Assembly: GCA_024626585.2 (NCBI GenBank)
Contig: JANKJI020000004.1
Location: 95,619,108 to 95,649,239 of the forward strand
Reading direction: 5' to 3'
Origin: Ginkgo biloba
Taxonomy: Eukaryota > Plantae > Ginkgophyta
DNA: 30,132 nucleotides
Numbering within the stretch: position 1 is the first letter of the stretch; each line of letters starts with the position of its first letter. Under the pieces are notes generated by a model. That model did no database searches. It was not told where the DNA came from and worked only from the letters and a program-made list of their open reading frames with translations. Position numbers and translations under genes: made by a program. Of the stretch, positions 19,050-30,132 are shown piece by piece.

Positions 19050-21050
19050 TCTTACCTTTAAGGGGCTCACCAAAGAAGAAGATCACAATGAGAAAGGGCA
19101 CAATGATAGAGGAGACACTAATAAAATGATGATAACAATGATGTATGAATCCCTATTAGGTGTATATAGCATAGGTTCATCTTGTCTCCTTCATTGAGGT
19201 TAGATGACACTTTTTTAAGGTTGGTTTAGTAAAGGGCTACCATGTGTCACTAGGGTGCTTCTTATAGCCCCAATAATCCCCTTTAAAAGTTGTTGCCTTT
19301 CTCCATGTGTGAAGGTTTGTTTTTGCCATTGTGTGGTCTTTAGTTTAACATTTGGCTTAGGTTTCTTCTAACTATCTAGTGGGCCCTTGTTTGGCCAGTA
19401 ATATCGATGCTTAGCTTCCATAGAGTATGCCTTTGATTCTAATGTTTATTTATTGAACTCTACATGTGGACCCTATAATTGTTGATTTAGTTACCAGATG
19501 GTTTGATTCAACTTCTTGGTCGAACTTAGGTGAGTTGGACATTTTTCATGTGGCAAAGAGCTGACATGGATGTCGAGCTAGACCATAGAAAGCTTCCTAA
19601 GTGGCTTAGTGCAACATTGGAACTTTTCTCTTTGTCAGAGCCTTTTGTTGTTTTTAGAGCTTCATACAGTTTTACATGCTNNNNNNNNNNNNNNNNNNNN
19701 NNNNNNNNNNNNNNNNNNNNNNNNNNNNNNNNNNNNNNNNNNNGGGAGAGCTTTATACTTTGTCGGAGTCTTTGTCATTTGTCGGAGCTTCTTACAATTT
19801 TTCTTCTTCCTCCAACCTTTGCACTTTGCTTTGACGAGACTTTAACCTTTTGGTAAAGTTTAGCTGAATTATCCACCCCATAGGAGCAAGCTTTCATTAA
19901 TTCACTATTGGATTTTGAAACTTTATTATATGGAGCTTTTGGATCACTCAAACTCTTTGCTTTAACATTTAATGTGGCATTGGACAAATCGCCCAAATAT
20001 GAGCATTTACTTGAGTTTGTGTTGGAGTTTATTGCATTTTGCAAACACCTCTGCTATTTTGCGACTTCCTTTGACGAACTTTCCTCAACCAAAAGTGTAT
20101 GACTTCATATTGTAACTTGGCCATACGGTTGCTCAGGCTAGGGAGCCCAAACCCTAGGAGGGGCTCTACCCTAAGGACGCAAGCAAGGGTCACTACCTTT
20201 AGAACCCCATAGATAATTTTGGTCTTAGATTTGACGATCAATCATAGTTGTTTCTAAGACGAAACATTTTGGCTATGCTTAGGTTTGTCAACTTTCCTGC
20301 TACCATTGAATTGAAGCTAACGATTATCCTTCTAGAGTAAGATCTAATCCGAATCACTTGGGTATCACAAAGAGTTAAAAATATGCCTAAAGAGGAATAG
20401 GAAATGACATTGTGGCCTATTGAATGACAAAATTTGAAACCTACAATTGATAAACTTTTTATCAGATTATGCACAAGAGTAATGGGCAATTGAAGTGTAC
20501 CCACCATTTAACTAGAATATGTTAGGGGAGATGAATATATTTGTAAAGTTTGACAATTTTGTTAATTGATATGCATCCACATCCTTCTTCATTCACATTT
20601 ATGTCAATTTTGCCTTCTTTATGTAGAAGCCCTTCATGTAGGGTTGCTAAAGATGCATTATGAAATACAAATTAGTTAGGTGTAGTCTCTTTAGTTGGGT
20701 GTAGTCTTTTTTAAAAGCAAAAGCTTTAATTAAGGTATGGCACTGATGTTGTCATAGATTTGTCTTTTTATTGGAATTAAGTCACCTACTTCAAGAGTTA
20801 CATGGATGTTTTTTGTCCATAATATGCTTATAAATTTTAAAGAGGGTAGTTGTGAAGGTAGGCAAGACTTGTTGAACCTGCCACTTGTACAAGAGAATGT
20901 AGATGGTTTGTTCCCTCAATAAGCATACATGGCAATCGAGTTTTATCCTCATTATTGTACATGTAACCCTATGTATTGATTCTTTATGGATTGTGTCATC
21001 CAATCTCCACAGTGGGACTTTCATAAATTACATAGTTGCATTGAGACCTA
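19050..21050 (-). mobile_element. Heavily decayed copia-like remnant
   Basis: Minus-strand PPT AAAGGGGAT at 19276-19284 next to a decayed LTR start. LWRL...DCHVCLL.EQ (20900-21010) resembles the GAG-pre-integrase LWHxRLGH..CxxC..KQ motif. Confidence 0.35.
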
Positions 21051-22955
21051 GCTCAAGGATTTTCTTAAAGTTGTTTCCACCAATTTGCAAAATGCAAAGG
21101 CTAACAATAAATGNNNNNNNNNNATTTCTTGAAAACCTTTCTTTTTCAATGAAGTTTATATTATACTTTATTAATCCTTAATTCAATTAAGTTTAATTAA
21201 TTTAATGTTGAGTAAACATTTTTCTATATAATTTTAATCAAAATCATTCTTATATACTCTTCCAAACATAAGTATGTTCTCATTGTAACTTGCCACTAAG
21301 ATATTGTCGCGAAGGTTTCTACGAATTGTAATATGTACCAATGAATTTGTTACNNNNNNNNNNNNNNNNNNNNNNNNNNNNNNNNNNNNNNNNNNNNNNN
21401 NNNNNNNNNNNNNNNNNNNNNNNNNNNNNNNNNNNNNNNNNNNNNNNNNNNNNGCTAGTATTAAATGTGGTTGTACTTGGCATTTAGTGCAGTTGTTCTT
21501 CATTATTTAATGCAGTTCTATGTAGGTCTTCGACCAACGACTTTGACCAGTAATGTTTTTGTTGCTGATGTCATTACTATTGTTGTTGATGTCATCTTTA
21601 TGTTGTCACATCGTCATTTGGACTGCCATGTCATCATTTGGACTGCCACATCATCATTTGGAAATTTGGCCAACGACATAACATTGTTTTGACTTGGTCA
21701 ACATTATTTCACTGTTGTTTGAGCAATTTTGACCTTCCTTAAGGCAGTTTTGTCCTTCCTTATGGTAGTTTTTCCCTACCTTACGGTGGCTTTGTCCTTA
21801 CAATAATTTTGCCCTACCTTAAGGAGGTTTTTCCTTTCTAAGGTGGTTGAACTGGATTTCATCTTCCATTCACATCATTCCCTCTTTGGATGTCACGTCG
21901 TCATTTGTTGTTGTTAGATGAATCATGTCGTTTGTTTGCGTTATCAGTTAGAGATGGATATCTTGCAAACACTTCTTTTTTTTTTTTTTTTATTTAACAC
22001 CTAGTCTAACTGTTGGAAAAGATTGTTATTATTTATGACCACTATGAAGTGCCACATTTCTTTGTGGTACCCAAGAAATATACATATGACTTAAGAACAT
22101 CAAGCACTTACAAAATAATCGAAGTCTAAATGTCATTAGTTATCAATATAAGCCTAGATGTGTAGAATTGAGATTTTTCAGAAATATTGGTTGGATATTA
22201 AAAAAATGAGTTTTATGAAAGATCTGCACATTTCAAGTATTAATTGTCTTATGGGTAAAAGAACAACTTTATATGTTTTCTCCATTGATTTTGAAGATGA
22301 GGTGATAATAAAAGAAAAGCAAAGACAAGATGTAACGTGAATTGATAATGATCCTCATCTTAAGATAAGACATTTAAAACAATTTGCTTACTTAAAGATT
22401 AAAACAACACATTTTTAAGGATTACGTTCCTCACAAGAACTTTCAAACATTCATCTTGACTCAAACTCTAGTTGAAGTGATAAGAGAATGGAATCTATAT
22501 TCAATGTACAACTAATCCCAAATATACTACAGAACCCTCACAGATGAGTTCACTAAAAANNNNNNNNNNNNNNNNNNNNNNNNNNNNNNNNNNNNNNNNN
22601 NNNNNNNNNNNNNNNNNNNNNNNNNNNNNNNNNNNNNNNNNNNNNNNNNNNNNNNNNNNACTTGTGAATTGGGCATGGGGCCCACACAGGGTCGTGTCAT
22701 CTGTATGGGGTTGGTTGGTTGTCAGATGAGTTCACTAAAAATCGTGATATGGGAGTGAATGTCATTGCCCTTTCCAAATCAAATAGTGCCCTCACATTGG
22801 TAGGCAATTTCAGTTTTCTTAGCTATCATAAATAAAATTGGAGCATTCTCATTTATGTACTTGTCCAGTTCTTTGTCTACATGGGTGCAAATTTGATTTC
22901 CAACTTCACCTTAATTTCTTGCCAAGTGTTGCACTTTGAATTGGTGGTGTTACAG

Positions 22956-22966
22956 TGGTATCAGAG
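22956..22966 (+). promoter_or_regulatory. Primer-binding site, tRNA-iMet
   Basis: TGGTATCAGAG after a 1-nt spacer following the LTR end TGTTACA. Confidence 0.85.
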
Positions 22967-23076
22967 ACAACTACGATTGGAAGGAGGACTTATGGAGCAT
23001 GGGAATTAGCTCTTCTTTAACTAGTTTCAAAATTACATTGTTTGAAGCATCTATGAAGCTATATGGAATGATGTGT

Positions 23077-23400
23077 AAATAGGTGACGATCTAAGCCATC
23101 CGAAGATGATCCTGTTTGTCAAGCGATTTTTTGGGCACGAGACTGCGCTGTTGAAAGTTGTTTCGATCATTCTTCCTTCTCTTGGAATTTTTTTGTTTAC
23201 ACCAATGTCGCCTTTCTTGATGGCTACTTCATGCACATCTTGGAGTTTTCCTCTGTAAATGCTCCCGATGCTACTTGTGTCATTTTTGAAGAGAAGAGCT
23301 TGGTCAATTGAATTGTTGTTGAATCATGCCCATGTTGGAGTTTTCCTCGAATTTCCAGTTTGTATTATTTTGAAACCTCCTAGGTTGGCCACTTTACCAA
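23077..23400 (-). pseudogene. Fragment of a receptor-like protein kinase (juxtamembrane to subdomain V), CRINKLY4-related (CCR3/4)-like
   Basis: Minus strand, with frameshifts: SGQPRRF, SSIGSIYRGKLQDVHEVAIKKGD, KKFQEKE, ETTFNS, LDRHLF, in correct kinase order. Confidence 0.68.
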
Positions 23401-23965
23401 GTGTGGGGCGGTTTTGATTTCCTATATCATCAAACTGCCATTTTTTTTTGTAGGCAGGAGACTTTAACGTAAGACCTCCAACTTCAAGAACTAGGTTTGA
23501 GGTATCAAGACAGAGGCGGGTAATGCCATGGGCCATTGTTTAAGTTATCGAAAATTCATTTGTTGGCAATGTTAGAAGCAAAGAATAAGGTGAGTGAGTG
23601 TAACCCAAGCTGAGTTGAACCGCAGGGCAGTCAAATCTGTGCTGGGGAGAAAACAAAGACAAAAACAAAAGAGCCTTACTCACATGAAAATTTAATTGAA
23701 AGAGAGATTCAAAATGAAAATATAATTTTCAACTGAAAATACATGAACTAAGACAAAAATCCAAAGGATGACACAATATTGTCCTAAATTCCTATGTTCT
23801 TTTTTTCTTTGTTTTTGTGAATTTTTTATTTTTTATTTTTATTTATTTTATTCTTTTTGTATGATTATCTACAGTTGCCTTCATTTGTTCATTTACCTAG
23901 CCATTATCATAGATGAAATTTTAGAGATGTACAACAATGACAAGGATAGGGATGAAAAAACTACT

Positions 23966-25172
23966 TGTTATGAAATACANNNNNNNNNNNNNNNNNNNNN
24001 NNNNNNNNNNNNNNNNNNNNNNNNNNNNNNNNNNNNNNNNNNNNNNNNNNNNNNNNNNNNNNNNNNNNNNNNNNNNNNNGTGCTATTATTTAATTAGTTG
24101 TATATTTTTCCACTACACTTTGTATCAGAGCCAACGATCCTCCACTGTTCACCAATCATTACTCACATTCCAACCCACCTATGCATAAATTATTCACTTG
24201 CCACACTTGTTTGCAGTCATTCTAGTCACCATTGACTGTCGTTCTATCTCTGTTTTCCGTTGCACACTCTACCCACTGCCCGTCTGTCATTCATTTTTCA
24301 TCTACCATCCAACATTTGTTCCATCGATTCCATCGAGAAAAAATTAGGAGCCAACTGCGCCATTCACCCACTGTTGTAGCTTCTCAAATATCATTTCTTA
24401 CTGTCATGCATTTTGCCATCGTGTTTCCTCTTTAATCTGTGCTTCGTCTACTTAGTCTGCCATCGTGTCACCCTAGTTCTTCCCTGCAAACACGTTGTTG
24501 CAGCGACAAACACTGCATGCCGCAGTGAACCTGCGCAACAAACCACAGTCGCACCTACAACAAACCCAAAGTCGATTGTAGTTATACAATTTCCCATCCG
24601 TTGTTCGCCATATATACCACTCAATCCATAGCCCAATTCACTGTAACACCTCGTCGCCAGTAAAGAAATTGCAACAAAAAAAAATCGCATAAAAGAAAAA
24701 TCGTATTTTTCACAAACATTAGGGAGATTTTAAAAATTAAAACAAGAATATTCTTTAAGAATATCCCTTCTTTTAAACTTCAAACTTTAACCCGCAGTAT
24801 CATCTTCAATGGTCAACGCTCGAAGTTAGAAAGACATGGACGCCAACAGTCAAGACTTACTGGAAAGAACATCAGCATTAGAAAATGGCGTCCAAATTAT
24901 AAAACGTTAAATTAATGAAATAACTAAGGCTATTTTAGACATTAATAAAAATATAGCCCATATAGTAGCAAGACCTCCATCACCACCTCAAGAACAAGCA
25001 CCAATTCCAGAATCACAATCAGATTCTCAACAAGTGATAAATTGAGGAATAACCTCTTGTCTACAGACAAAAATACCCCAATATCAATTTAATGGACAAA
25101 TTGAACCCTCGGAAGTCATCAACAAATTGGAAACAACCTTCTTGAACACACAAATAACAATAGAGCTTGAAA
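23966..25172 (+). mobile_element. Nested gypsy 5' end: LTR (23966-24117), PBS, long leader, decayed gag start
   Basis: TGTTATGA...CCACTACA, the same termini as the 17081-17458 LTR. TTGTATCAGAGCC at 24120-24132. Gag-like MVNARS...KIPQYQFNGQIEPSEVINKLE from ATG 24809, with stops. Confidence 0.65.
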
Positions 25173-25281
25173 NNNNNNNNNNNNNNNNNNNNNNNNNNNN
25201 NNNNNNNNNNNNNNNNNNNNNNNNNNNNNNNNNNNNNNNNNNNNNNNNNNNNNNNNNNNNNNNNNNNNNNNNCAGTTATCA

Positions 25282-25419
25282 CCGTTTGTTGACCTGAGCA
25301 AACATAGAACATCATTTGCTAAGAATTGAGCAAACATAGAACACCGTTTGTTGAGAATTGAGCAAACATAGAACACCATTTGTTGAGAATTGAGCAAACA
25401 TAGAACAACGTTTGTTGAA
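25282..25419 (+). repeat. 32-bp tandem repeat (CCGTTTGTTGAGAATTGAGCAAACATAGAACA), about 4.3 copies
   Basis: Near-perfect head-to-tail copies with no spacers. Confidence 0.9.
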
Positions 25420-25479
25420 CCGAAAAAACTAAAACAAAAGATTTATAGAGAATTAAGCCTTGATGACTAAATCACAACA

Positions 25480-25830
25480 TTTTTGAGTTTTGAAACCTTG
25501 ACCTCCTATTTGGAAACCAAACGACCTTACCATATGTGTTGCTACTGATTTCGCAATATAAGCTAATAGAAAAACATACTTGAATTCTAGTTAACAAAGG
25601 AGTTTAAAAAAAAATGGCCATCCATGCGGCCTTGATATCCATCGAGGGCAAACTTCATACATGATTCCAATTTAGTTAAATCAAAATTAAACCTTTGAAA
25701 AATAAATTCGCTCCCGCTTGCTCCTTCAGCGTATGATTTGATTCGGGGCGAGACTACAATCTTTGCTTCCAGTTGTTTCATTTTAGTCTGATCAATGACG
25801 CCTTGTTTGTGCTCTTTTACCATCTATGGC
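25480..25830 (-). mobile_element. Possible LINE ORF1 (DUF4283-like) remnant
   Basis: KSYAE and LESCMKFALDG, with downstream FQIGGQG, loosely resemble plant L1 ORF1. Confidence 0.3.
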
Positions 25831-28800
25831 CGATCACCATTCAAACCGTTCGTTGTTGTGTGCACTTAGCTGACTACTTCGATTCACAGTGTCTCGTCTA
25901 ATTCTTCTCATGGCAACCATGCTTTACTCACCCCTTACACAACTCTGTGCTTCACGCTTTTAAACAACCCATGGATCGGCCTCTACGTTCTCCTTTGATT
26001 GTTCAATCGTGGTATGCTTTGCCTCTCACTACGATTCAAGTGTGGCATTGCTTAAGTTTCTTTAGTTACCTAGTTTCCTCTTCACGACTTCACCCTGCTC
26101 TTGGGCATCACCTTCATGTTGCAGACTTGGCACCTTTGCAGACTTTCATCTCAGTAAAAAACGTCTACAACCTCCCTTCGTTCGGTGTAGGTTTGAAATC
26201 ATTGACTTCTTCCTATCTCCTCCATGGCCATTACCATTAACAAAAATGTAAGGCCTTCGTCCGACCATCACACGAGTTTTGATACCATTATAATACAAGA
26301 GGCGGATAGGAGGACATTATCACGGAAGCTCCACAATGAATTACNNNNNNNNNNNNNNNNNNNNNNNNNNNNNNNNNNNNNNNNNNNNNNNNNNNNNNNN
26401 NNNNNNNNNNNNNNNNNNNNNNNNNNNNNNNNNNNNNNNNNNNNNNNNNNNNNNNNNNNNNNNNNNNNNNNNNNNNNNNNNNNNNNNNNNNNNNNNNNNN
26501 NNNNNNNNNNNNNNNNNNNNNNNNNNNNNNNNNNNNNNNNNNNNNNNNNNNNNNNNNNNNNNNNNNNNNNNNNNNNNNNNNNNNNNNNNNNNNNNNNNNN
26601 NNNNNNNNNNNNNNNNNNNNNNNNNNNNNNNNNNNNNNNNNNNNNNNNNNNNNNNNNNNNNNNNNNNNNNNNNNNNNNNNNNNNNNNNNNNNNNNNNNNN
26701 NNNNNNNNNNNNNNNNNNNNNNNNNNNNNNNNNNNNNNNNNNNNNNNNNNNNNNNNNNNNNNNNNNNNNNNNNNNNNNNNNNNNNNNNNNNNNNNNNNNN
26801 NNNNNNNNNNNNNNNNNNNNNNNNNNNNNNNNNNNNNNNNNNNNNNNNNNNNNNNNNNNNNNNNNNNNNNNNNNNNNNNNNNNNNNNNNNNNNNNNNNNN
26901 NNNNNNNNNNNNNNNNNNNNNNNNNNNNNNNNNNNNNNNNNNNNNNNNNNNNNNNNNNNNNNNNNNNNNNNNNNNNNNNNNNNNNNNNNNNNNNNNNNNN
27001 NNNNNNNNNNNNNNNNNNNNNNNNNNNNNNNNNNNNNNNNNNNNNNNNNNNNNNNNNNNNNNNNNNNNNNNNNNNNNNNNNNNNNNNNNNNNNNNNNNNN
27101 NNNNNNNNNNNNNNNNNNNNNNNNNNNNNNNNNNNNNNNNNNNNNNNNNNNNNNNNNNNNNNNNNNNNNNNNNNNNNNNNNNNNNNNCATGGAACCCACA
27201 TAGGGTTGTGTCATGTATATGGGGTTGGTTGGCTGTCAGATGAGTTCACTAAAAAACGTGATACGGGTGTGAATGCCATTGCCCTTTTCAAATCAAACAT
27301 TGCTCTTACATTAATAAACGATTTCATTTTTCTTTACTATCAAGAATAAAATTGAAGTATTCTCATTTATGTACTTGTCCAATTTTTTGTTTACATTGTG
27401 CAATTTTATTTCTAGCTTCACCTTAATTTCTTGCTAGTGTTGGACTTTGAGTTGGTGTTGTTACAATTTAGACTAGATTGGTTGTTTCCTTTGTATAAAG
27501 CCTCCATATCATATCCTTTGGGTGATAAACCCACGAGGCAATGAATGATAATATAATGGAGGAGTACAAATACATGATAGTATAGAGGTTCTTTTCTTGA
27601 TCCTTTTTAGAATCCTTATTACTACATTTCGATGGATTGAACTTCTATGAAAAGATGTGAATGGACCATTAAACTTTTCTTACATGCCTTACATCCATTT
27701 CTAAAATACTTTTATGACCTTTCCACATCCTTTGGTTTATTGTGGAAGTTTTGCAAGGAATTGCCTTATCGTGCAAAAATAACAATGAATGTGTATTTAG
27801 TCTTGATATTAACATTTATATATCTATTTAGGCTTTCATTGAGGGTGGAGGGAAGAGAATAATATACAAGTGGTAGCAAATGAAATGTACTTTTGGTTGC
27901 TAAAATACCTATATAGTTTCCAAGAATTATTGGTGACCACATAACCCAAATGTTTTTTTTGCAATGTATGGGATATTGGTGCTCATTCTTTTTATTTTTT
28001 TGTTAAGTTTTCTTAGAAAAGGGCATGCTACAGAAATGCGCACCATGCCACGACATGGATTTGTATATTTTCATGGTGCCATGGAATTGTGCGCCCTTCC
28101 TTGGTTGGTTCATGTGCATTTCCATGATATCATGTAAATGTGCGTCCTATCATAGTATTAGACTAATACCACGCGCATTTCCAAGGTATCTATCTCGATG
28201 TCTAAAGATGCATTTTTTTGAGATATTTTTTACCTTTTTGAGCTATGACTTATCACTCTGGGGGATTATTTTACCTCCTCACAGACCTGGACACCTAGAA
28301 AGGTAGTCAAATTGATTTCAAACTCTTTTATCTTTTAGATCTCCATGTTTTTCTATAAATATAGGGATCCTTGAAGAGCTTGAGGAGGAAGAATATTTGC
28401 ACTATTATGCTACCATTTTTTGTCCAGAGAGCTATTTCATATCCTTATATGTACTTTTATGCTGGTGGGATTTTGTCAATTAAGGTGGAACTCATAGTTG
28501 TTTGGGAGGTTATTTAGGAAGAGGGACTGATAGGTTACCTATTGTTATAATCTATTCATGGCCATCCAACCCCCCTTAATCCATCCTTGTCAGTTTCATT
28601 AGCATATATTTTGTCTTTCATATCTTGGAGCATTCTTTTGGACATAAGAAGGAGAATTCATAGAGCTTGGAGGCCTATTCAGCTAGAATTGACGTCACTT
28701 TTGTAAAATCTTTATGGATTTCATCTTAGGTGCATGGTTTCTAGTTATTTATTCCTTTTTTTAGGTTAGTACTTGTGAAGAAAGTTGCTTATTTTCATTT

Positions 28801-30132
28801 AAGAAAGAGAAGATAAAGGCATATACAAATTAGTTTCAATTCATGCTTGCATGCCTGTCTTGTTTCCTCCTTCTTATAAATTTCTTTCTATTATTTAAGC
28901 TTATATTTAGGAAAAGTATTTTAGTTATTTTCCTTCACTTTATTTTATGAAATTGAAGGATTTGGACTATTTCCANNNNNNNNNNNNNNNNNNNNNNNNN
29001 NNNNNNNNNNNNNNNNNNNNNNNNNNNNNNNNNNNNNNNNNNNNNNNNNNNNNNNNNNNNNNNNNNNNNNNNNNNAGTGTGAGACCAAATTCCCTCCCTA
29101 TGGGGAAGGAATAATAAAGAGATGTTAGCCATTATGCATGCTTAGTACTAGGAGATAATACCTACTCAATAATAAGTTCTTGATGAAAATAGATCATGGT
29201 AGTCTCAAATATCTATTCCAACAAATGTCCCTTATCAATGAATAGAGGAAATGGATAAAAGAAATTGAAACTTTTAGTTTGACATCGTATATAAAAAGGG
29301 AAGGAAAGTGTAGTGGTAAATGCAAACCAAAGTGATATGATGAAGCGTTGTTGATAAGAATGACAATGGCCAAATCTATATGAATTAACGAATATAAAAA
29401 AAGTATCAACAACATCTAAAGACAATGAATCTTATGGAATAAATCAAACAAAAACCATTGTACTTAAGATTAACTTATAAAAATATCATATTTTCCTAAA
29501 ATGTTGAAATCTATATCGCCCAACCTAATAATTCATATATAAGGTCCTTCAAGAATGACATGCATCTCCTCTATCTTAATATATGGACATTTATCAAACC
29601 TAGGACAATATTAAGAAATCATTGTATTGATGAGGCATGAAGAACATAATATAGTATATCTCTACATGTGATAACTATTAAAGAAAAAAGGTAGAAGAGA
29701 TTATNNNNNNNNNNGGATTTCTATAACCACTACCAATTCTAGGGAAAAATAAGTGGATAAGTCCATGTATTTTATTATACGATTACTAAAATCAAAAGGA
29801 AGAGACAATTGTTGTGATTGTAGATTAGCTAACTATGATGATATTTACACCTAAACTAAGTGGATAACCCTTTCACTTACTTGAGTTTAATGTAATGGAA
29901 AAAATTATTCAAGCAATAAAGTTATTTAAATCCATTATACATATAATATTTAGATATAATTGCACTAGTAATAAGATTACAATTAAATTGTGATTGTATA
30001 ATTAGTGGGCAATCTTTGATTACCTATATTCTTAAGTTAGTTGTAGTTGTGATTGCACCATTACAACCAATCTTTGATTAACTCCAATTATAGAGGTACC
30101 TTTAATTCGTGATTGCATAGTTAGTGGGCAAT

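Larger units (their letters stand above)
22660..27465 (+). mobile_element. LTR retroelement with Met-PBS, no recognisable own gag-pol, containing nested insertions
   Basis: LTR segments 22675-22954 and 27188-27465 are about 85% identical by manual count, and both end GTTACA. TGGTATCAGAG at 22956-22966 follows only the first. Both 5' LTR ends are hidden in N-runs. Confidence 0.8.

Noticed and set aside
20574-20610. HPHPSSFTFMS as the missing JAMM exon
   Set aside because: No suitable acceptor, lacks the SxDxHTH continuation, and lies in a TE remnant.
22541-22559. 19-bp copy of LTR sequence (CAGATGAGTTCACTAAAAA, also at 22723-22741) as a biological duplication or TSD
   Set aside because: It abuts a 100-N gap and is too long for an LTR TSD; probably a scaffolding or repeat-edge artefact.
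24120-25172. Endogenous caulimovirus suggested by the (T)GTATCAGAGCC motif
   Set aside because: It follows an LTR-like CA end and leads to a gypsy gag-like start. No movement protein or capsid motifs were seen.
25282-25419. CRISPR-like 32-bp repeat; also the 11078-11390 array
   Set aside because: The first has no spacers, the second has irregular spacers and degenerate repeats. No cas genes, and the context is a spliced eukaryotic gene.
26224-27349. Long ORFs in the track spanning N-runs (also 3134-3799 and 4667-5067)
   Set aside because: They are open only because N codons translate as X; no coding evidence.
27466-30132. Short ORFs and weak repeats (tgcgc-containing motifs at 28030-28180; gtgattg..caatctttgatta at 29990-30132)
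   Set aside because: Probably TE-derived non-coding DNA, but no diagnostic motif allowed a supported call.

Overview
AT-rich land-plant genomic DNA from a gapped draft assembly. At least ten N-runs are exactly 100 nt, so they are probably gaps of unknown size. The long TE-packed introns suggest a gymnosperm or fern, but the taxon cannot be fixed from the sequence. The one host gene is a + strand AMSH-family JAMM/MPN+ deubiquitinase. Its N-terminal MIT/USP8-dimerisation exons lie at 1344-3168 and its MPN exons at 12845-13876. The exons completing the catalytic JAMM motif are not visible in the remaining 16 kb. The introns hold decayed Ty3/gypsy chromoviruses, an L1 LINE, a probable copia remnant and several degenerate tandem arrays. 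The most striking observation is that two separate LTR-bounded elements with no recognisable gag-pol of their own carry host-gene cargo just after their primer-binding sites. One is an intron-less, internally deleted but frame-preserved ClpX AAA+ fragment fused to an upstream ATG (7719-8255). The other is an antisense receptor-like kinase fragment (about 23077-23400). All homology calls come from recalled family motifs, not database searches.
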